A stretch of 64,000 bases of DNA, taken from the NCBI GenBank assembly GCA_000708835.1, contig DF237291.1, positions 35,997 through 99,996 on the forward strand, written 5' to 3'. The translations under genes were made by a program, and so were the position numbers. Below are positions 59,440-64,000 of the stretch, one piece after another (the stretch's first letter is position 1; every line of letters starts with the position of its first letter). Origin of the DNA: Klebsormidium nitens. Its lineage: Eukaryota > Plantae > Klebsormidiophyceae. The notes below the pieces were generated by a model. That model was not told the DNA's origin, did no database searches, and saw nothing but the letters and a program-made list of their open reading frames with translations.

Positions 59440-60134
59440 CCGTACCAACTTTGAAGATCAATTAATTGTTTTAACTCGATGCAAGTCGACAAGTTCTGGG
59501 GGGCGATTTATAAATTATCAATCGCGAAAAATGGCAATGCGCAGCTCCCTCGCTTGTTTGAGATTCGCCCCAATCTAGATGCGAGCCGTACGACGACGCC
59601 CGGTACAAAACGAAGTCGCTGTGGCCCAATATTCTTTCTTCTGCCGGGCACAGCTGGGGCTAGGTAGGTACAATCAAGCCCGGTAGGGTGCCTGGTGCAA
59701 CCGTACAGGCCATCGTAGAACTTTTGAAACTTGTTGCAGCTTTCCGGCTCTTTATTCGTTCAAACTTACTGAATTACAACTTTGAGAACTTCATTCAGAC
59801 TGTCGTTGAAATTGTAATGTTGACCGGCAATGGATTCTGGAGGCGGAAACGGGAGAGGACGTACAGGGGTAATACCTACAAGGCAATGCCACGCCTGACG
59901 GCGTTTGCTGGCATTGCCAAAAACGAACTCGTTTGGAGGGACTTGCAAGTATGACACAAAACATTTTGAGCAATTTTACACCCATTTTTCCCTCAGGAGT
60001 CAGGATTGCCTTAGAAAGGCCAAATATTGAAATTTGCAAATTGATCCGGAAACTTCTTGGCGGCCTGCTGATAAGATGGATCGATTTGAAAATATATTTG
60101 CATCGAAACTGCTTGATCTTTAAAGTTGGTACGG
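59440..60134. mobile_element. Non-autonomous Tc1/mariner-like element (695 bp)
   Basis: TIRs CCGTACCAACTTTGAAGATCAA (59440-59461) and TTGATCTTTAAAGTTGGTACGG (60113-60134) match 21/22. TA on both flanks (59438-59439, 60135-60136). Confidence 0.8.
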
Positions 60135-60748
60135 TAATAGGTATCATACTTTCACATCATGAATCATGATCCATGTGTGAAAACAAACTTTGTTCTACGG
60201 GGCATACCGTACTCTCACTGCTCAGGGCTTCGAAGGACGTTGACCGAACGTCGACGATCCGAACTTCCAGGTACGTACCGGATTTGTAATAATTGGGCCG
60301 GGCCGGGCTTCCGTTTCGAAGTTTCGGACGTCCGCGGAAATACTGGGACGCCGGCGGCGGGAGTGGACCATGTTGATCATTAGGAGTCGGACAGTAGACT
60401 GCATGATGCAATGTAGTTTAACGTCCTGCCTCCGGGCCGCGGCTTGTGCAGTTCGTGTCAACGTGTGGTGCTGAAAACTGGGCCGGGCCGGAGAGTCCGA
60501 CCGACTCCGACTCCCGACTCCCGAGGCCCGAGTCGGCCCGACTCGGTCCGAATGTACGCATGTCGGCCCTGCCCGGGTTCGCAAGAAAGGGTACGTCCAG
60601 TAAGAATGGTACGTACCATACAGGTTAGAGTACCTAGGAAGGTCCGGGTACTAGGTACTACCGGCGTAGTACCGCCGTATGTTGGGGCGTGCAGGCTGCT
60701 GCCGCCGTGTGCATGCTGGCAGCGGTTAACGATCTAACAATAGCCTCC

Positions 60749-61019
60749 AAACTTCAAATTTAAGGCGAACGTCGAAGTTAATTGCCGGTTTCCGGTCCAC
60801 CCCAGTGTTCGACACGAGCCGTCACACCGGCGCCCCAGGCAAACGTCAGCCGACGGAATTGTCCCCCAGCCGACTGACCGGAGAACAGTCGGCCTGGGAG
60901 CCGACGAACTCAAAACTCCGTGTCGAACGCTGGTCCACCCCCCTTTTGGGTCGGTCGGGGACCGGAAACGTATATACCCGGATTTATTACTTCGACCCGC
61001 CATATGAATATTTGAGTTT
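60749..61019. repeat. Degenerate fold-back (inverted-repeat) element
   Basis: Colinear inverted blocks AAACT-CAAAT, GTCGAAGT, GTTTCCGGTCC and GTTCGACACG on both arms. Confidence 0.5.
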
Positions 61020-61596
61020 CCCGTTTCGAAAAGTGGCAGTTGACTGGCAGCCCGGCCGGGTCGGAACTTCGGATACCGTACGTGCGTTTTTGGAGAAACC
61101 GGCGGCACCGTCCGGCTTCTTCAGAAATGCGCGAAAGGGCCCGGCCCAAGCCATCAAGTTCTGCAAGTAGCCAGGTGGTAGCCAGGTAGCCAGGTCACTA
61201 GCCAGAATGGGTTCACATTGCAATTTGGTCCGTCGAAATCTTTATCGTAAATCAAAACTCTCGACCGGAGCCATGTGACAGACCACGTGAACCAGATTGA
61301 GTACACTGAGTACACAATACCGTCAGCAAAGGCGGAGGCAAGACGATATCAAACCTGTATTTATCGTGATTGGGCTATCCAAACGCGGTCGTCGACCGCG
61401 TTTCGATAGCCTTCCCGGATTTGAGAAGGTTTTCGACTTCGATAAGTTCTGAAGTTCGAAGAATTGACCGTTAGCCCGCCGACTCTGCCGGGGTGACGCC
61501 GAGTGACGCAAGTCTAGCCAGAGTGAGCTATCGCGATTCACGATAGAACTTGAAAGTTTTGGGAAAGTCCAATGTGAACCCGACCCAGTGGTAAAC

Positions 61597-61720
61597 GGGC
61601 ACCCGATGGCCGCCCAAGACCCCCGAAGGGCGTCCTAAGGGTGCCCAACGGGCACCCAACCAAGGGCGTCAAGGTGCCCGGCGTACCGGCGGGCACCCAA
61701 AGGTCGGCCTCAAGGTGCCC
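61597..61720. repeat. GGGCACCC/GG(G)TGCCC motif cluster (6 copies, both orientations)
   Basis: Copies near 61597, 61639, 61650, 61673, 61691, 61714. Confidence 0.7.
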
Positions 61721-62081
61721 TAGGGCTTACCTTTAATCTTCATGTCAATACCATCTTCGAAGTCTCAGGAAGTTCAGAAGATTCCAAACAACACTTCAAG
61801 CTAAGTTTTCACATCAGTCATATATGTTCTCTTGTTTTCGCCATAGGTACCGTATTCTCTTTGATTCTCCTAAACTAGTAGTGGCTGACTTCTGACTCCA
61901 GAGTTCAATTGATCAGACTCGAGAGGGACCAATCAGCTATCCAGCTACTCTTCAATAGTAGAGCAGAGGGGGCCGGTAGTCTTAACAAGCTGTATAACTA
62001 CCGGCTTCTTGAAAATTGACACTGCTACAGAAATGATGCCAGAAGCTGCGCTTTCGTCCGCAGGCTGAGGTATCGTGTGAC

Positions 62082-62541
62082 NNNNNNNNNNNNNNNNNNN
62101 NNNNNNNNNNNNNNNNNNNNNNNNNNNNNNNNNNNNNNNNNNNNNNNNNNNNNNNNNNNNNNNNNNNNNNNNNNNNNNNNNNNNNNNNNNNNNNNNNNNN
62201 NNNNNNNNNNNNNNNNNNNNNNNNNNNNNNNNNNNNNNNNNNNNNNNNNNNNNNNNNNNNNNNNNNNNNNNNNNNNNNNNNNNNNNNNNNNNNNNNNNNN
62301 NNNNNNNNNNNNNNNNNNNNNNNNNNNNNNNNNNNNNNNNNNNNNNNNNNNNNNNNNNNNNNNNNNNNNNNNNNNNNNNNNNNNNNNNNNNNNNNNNNNN
62401 NNNNNNNNNNNNNNNNNNNNNNNNNNNNNNNNNNNNNNNNNNNNNNNNNNNNNNNNNNNNNNNNNNNNNNNNNNNNNNNNNNNNNNNNNNNNNNNNNNNN
62501 NNNNNNNNNNNNNNNNNNNNNNNNNNNNNNNNNNNNNNNNN
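62082..62541. other. Assembly gap (460 N)
   Basis: Run of N. ORFs crossing it are artefacts. Confidence 1.
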
Positions 62542-62633
62542 AATCGGAAAAGTTAATCTTAACACCGGTCATGATAGTACATGAGGTGCATGCCGGTGCT
62601 GCATAACCATCAACGCTGTGTTCACATGTGTCC

Positions 62634-62990
62634 ACCAAAACCACCAAAACCGGCGATAACTGAGCAAAAACCAGCAGCGTGAAAACCCCCCCCTTCCCAA
62701 AACCGACCAAGCTGGTTTTGGAGGCTTCAAAACACGACCATTTGAAGCCTTCTCGTTCACATATTGCTCGGTTCCGCGGTCGGGTAGACACGACTTCGAA
62801 TTTCTACCGGTCATCGCCGGACCGTTCCACGGGCAAATATTGCCTGGTAGGAAAGGCAGCACTATCGAAACCGGCGAAAACCACCAAAACCCGGCTTAAA
62901 AAATTGGGTCGAGTTTTCAGCTGGTTTTTGCCAGGTTTTGCCGACCAGCAAAAACCACCGAAATCCGAACTCGGTTTTGGCCGGTTTTCC
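62634..62990. repeat. AAAACC/GGTTTT motif-rich tract next to the gap
   Basis: Many AAAACC(ACC/GG) copies on both strands, e.g. CCACCAAAACCACCAAAACCGGCG and GAAAACCACCAAAACCCGG. Confidence 0.6.
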
Positions 62991-63449
62991 AAAGGTGCGT
63001 TCACATGCTTCCACGCTGCCACAAAAAAAAATTTACTGGCAAAAAGCAGCAAACCTAACTACATGTAAACAGGGCATAGGCATAAGATAGGCACCCGGGT
63101 GACTCTCAGAACGGCCGGCGGTTGGTTTGGTGGATTGGTGAGTTTGGTGGTTGCCAGGAGTTAAAAGGGTCACAATAATAAAGATGCGGAGCGCGTAATC
63201 TTTCAGGTTTTAGGTTTATGTTTTGAGTTTGTGTGCCCGCGGCTTCCATATCTTGGTATTTCCGAATTGCCATACCGAAATATATTTCCCGATATATCGT
63301 GATCGCTTTGCAGGACTAGACCTCGTCTTCAATGAGCGGCTCTCAAGAGTCTCAAGCATGGTGGCTCCTACTTATGCTCCTCCCTCCACCTCCTCGTTCA
63401 AAGCATCTGGTCTTCTGAAGCAACTCCACAGGCTTGGAGCAGAGCTTTG

Positions 63450-63960
63450 ATCCACCTTATTCCCAAAGGCCATGATGCTGACATGCTTTTACCTTCTTCT
63501 TACCGGCCCATTTCCCTTAGTTCCTCTGTTTATAAGATTTTCGAAATTTAAGTGCTTCTTAGTCGTCTCGACTGTTATGCTTCTGAGTCTGATCTTTTAC
63601 AAGCCGAGCAAGCCGGCTTTAGAAAAGGCTTCCCCCCCTCGAACCGTACTTACATCTTGCGCGAGATTCTGGATCATCGCAAATAGCTCCCAAAACCTAC
63701 AACGTTCCTTTGATTTGTTGATCTACCGTCGGCTTTTCCTTCATGCTGGCGGGAAGGTGGCGTCGTTTGCACGACCGTTGACATTTGTAGCAAAATGCTT
63801 AGGCTCATCCTGGAATCGCTTTACAAAGACCGTTCGTCTGCTCTTCTTACAGATTTGGGCCTCTCCGACTGGTTCCCAGTGTCGACAGGCACACGCCACG
63901 GCACAGTATTGTCTCCTTTCCTTTTCTCGCTTCTGATCTCCCCTTTGGTCAACGAGTTCA
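63450..63960 (+). pseudogene. Degenerate LINE reverse transcriptase relic
   Basis: Reading frame not in the ORF track: IPKGHDADMLLPSSYRPISLSSSVYKIFEI*VLLSRL..QAEQAGFRKG..YILREIL..FVDLPSAF..SDWFPVSTGTRHGTVLSPFLFSLLI, with in-frame stops. Confidence 0.85.
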
Positions 63961-64000
63961 TACACTAGACATGATTGTGGGCTTTTTCGCCCTTCGAATT

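Noticed and set aside
61945-62791. Long ORFs across the N run
   Set aside because: Artefacts of the assembly gap.

Overview
Eukaryotic nuclear DNA, not prokaryotic: GC-rich exons are split by GT-AG introns of mostly 150-450 nt, so the six-frame ORF track shows only fragments. A plastid gene (PGRL1), a flagellar gene (TTC29) and land-plant-like proteins point to a flagellate streptophyte or green alga (Klebsormidium-like; inference only). I reconstructed 11 spliced genes by hand: TTC29, an unknown Pro/Ser-rich protein with a cNMP-binding-like domain, a P1B Cu-ATPase, a UTr2-like nucleotide-sugar transporter, an ABCC transporter, PGRL1, a DnaJ-X protein, PEAMT, a conserved plant unknown protein, UBC2/RAD6, and a VIN3/OBERON-type PHD protein. 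There are also several MITE-like elements, two LINE RT relics, repeat arrays and a 460-nt N gap. The most unusual observations: (1) a ~17-unit, ~40-bp-period palindromic repeat array in a Cu-ATPase intron; (2) a PHD + coiled-coil + apparently catalytically dead Nudix-like protein; (3) a five-copy [W/F]RPxGLxP peptide repeat; (4) ten consecutive genes in strict strand alternation.
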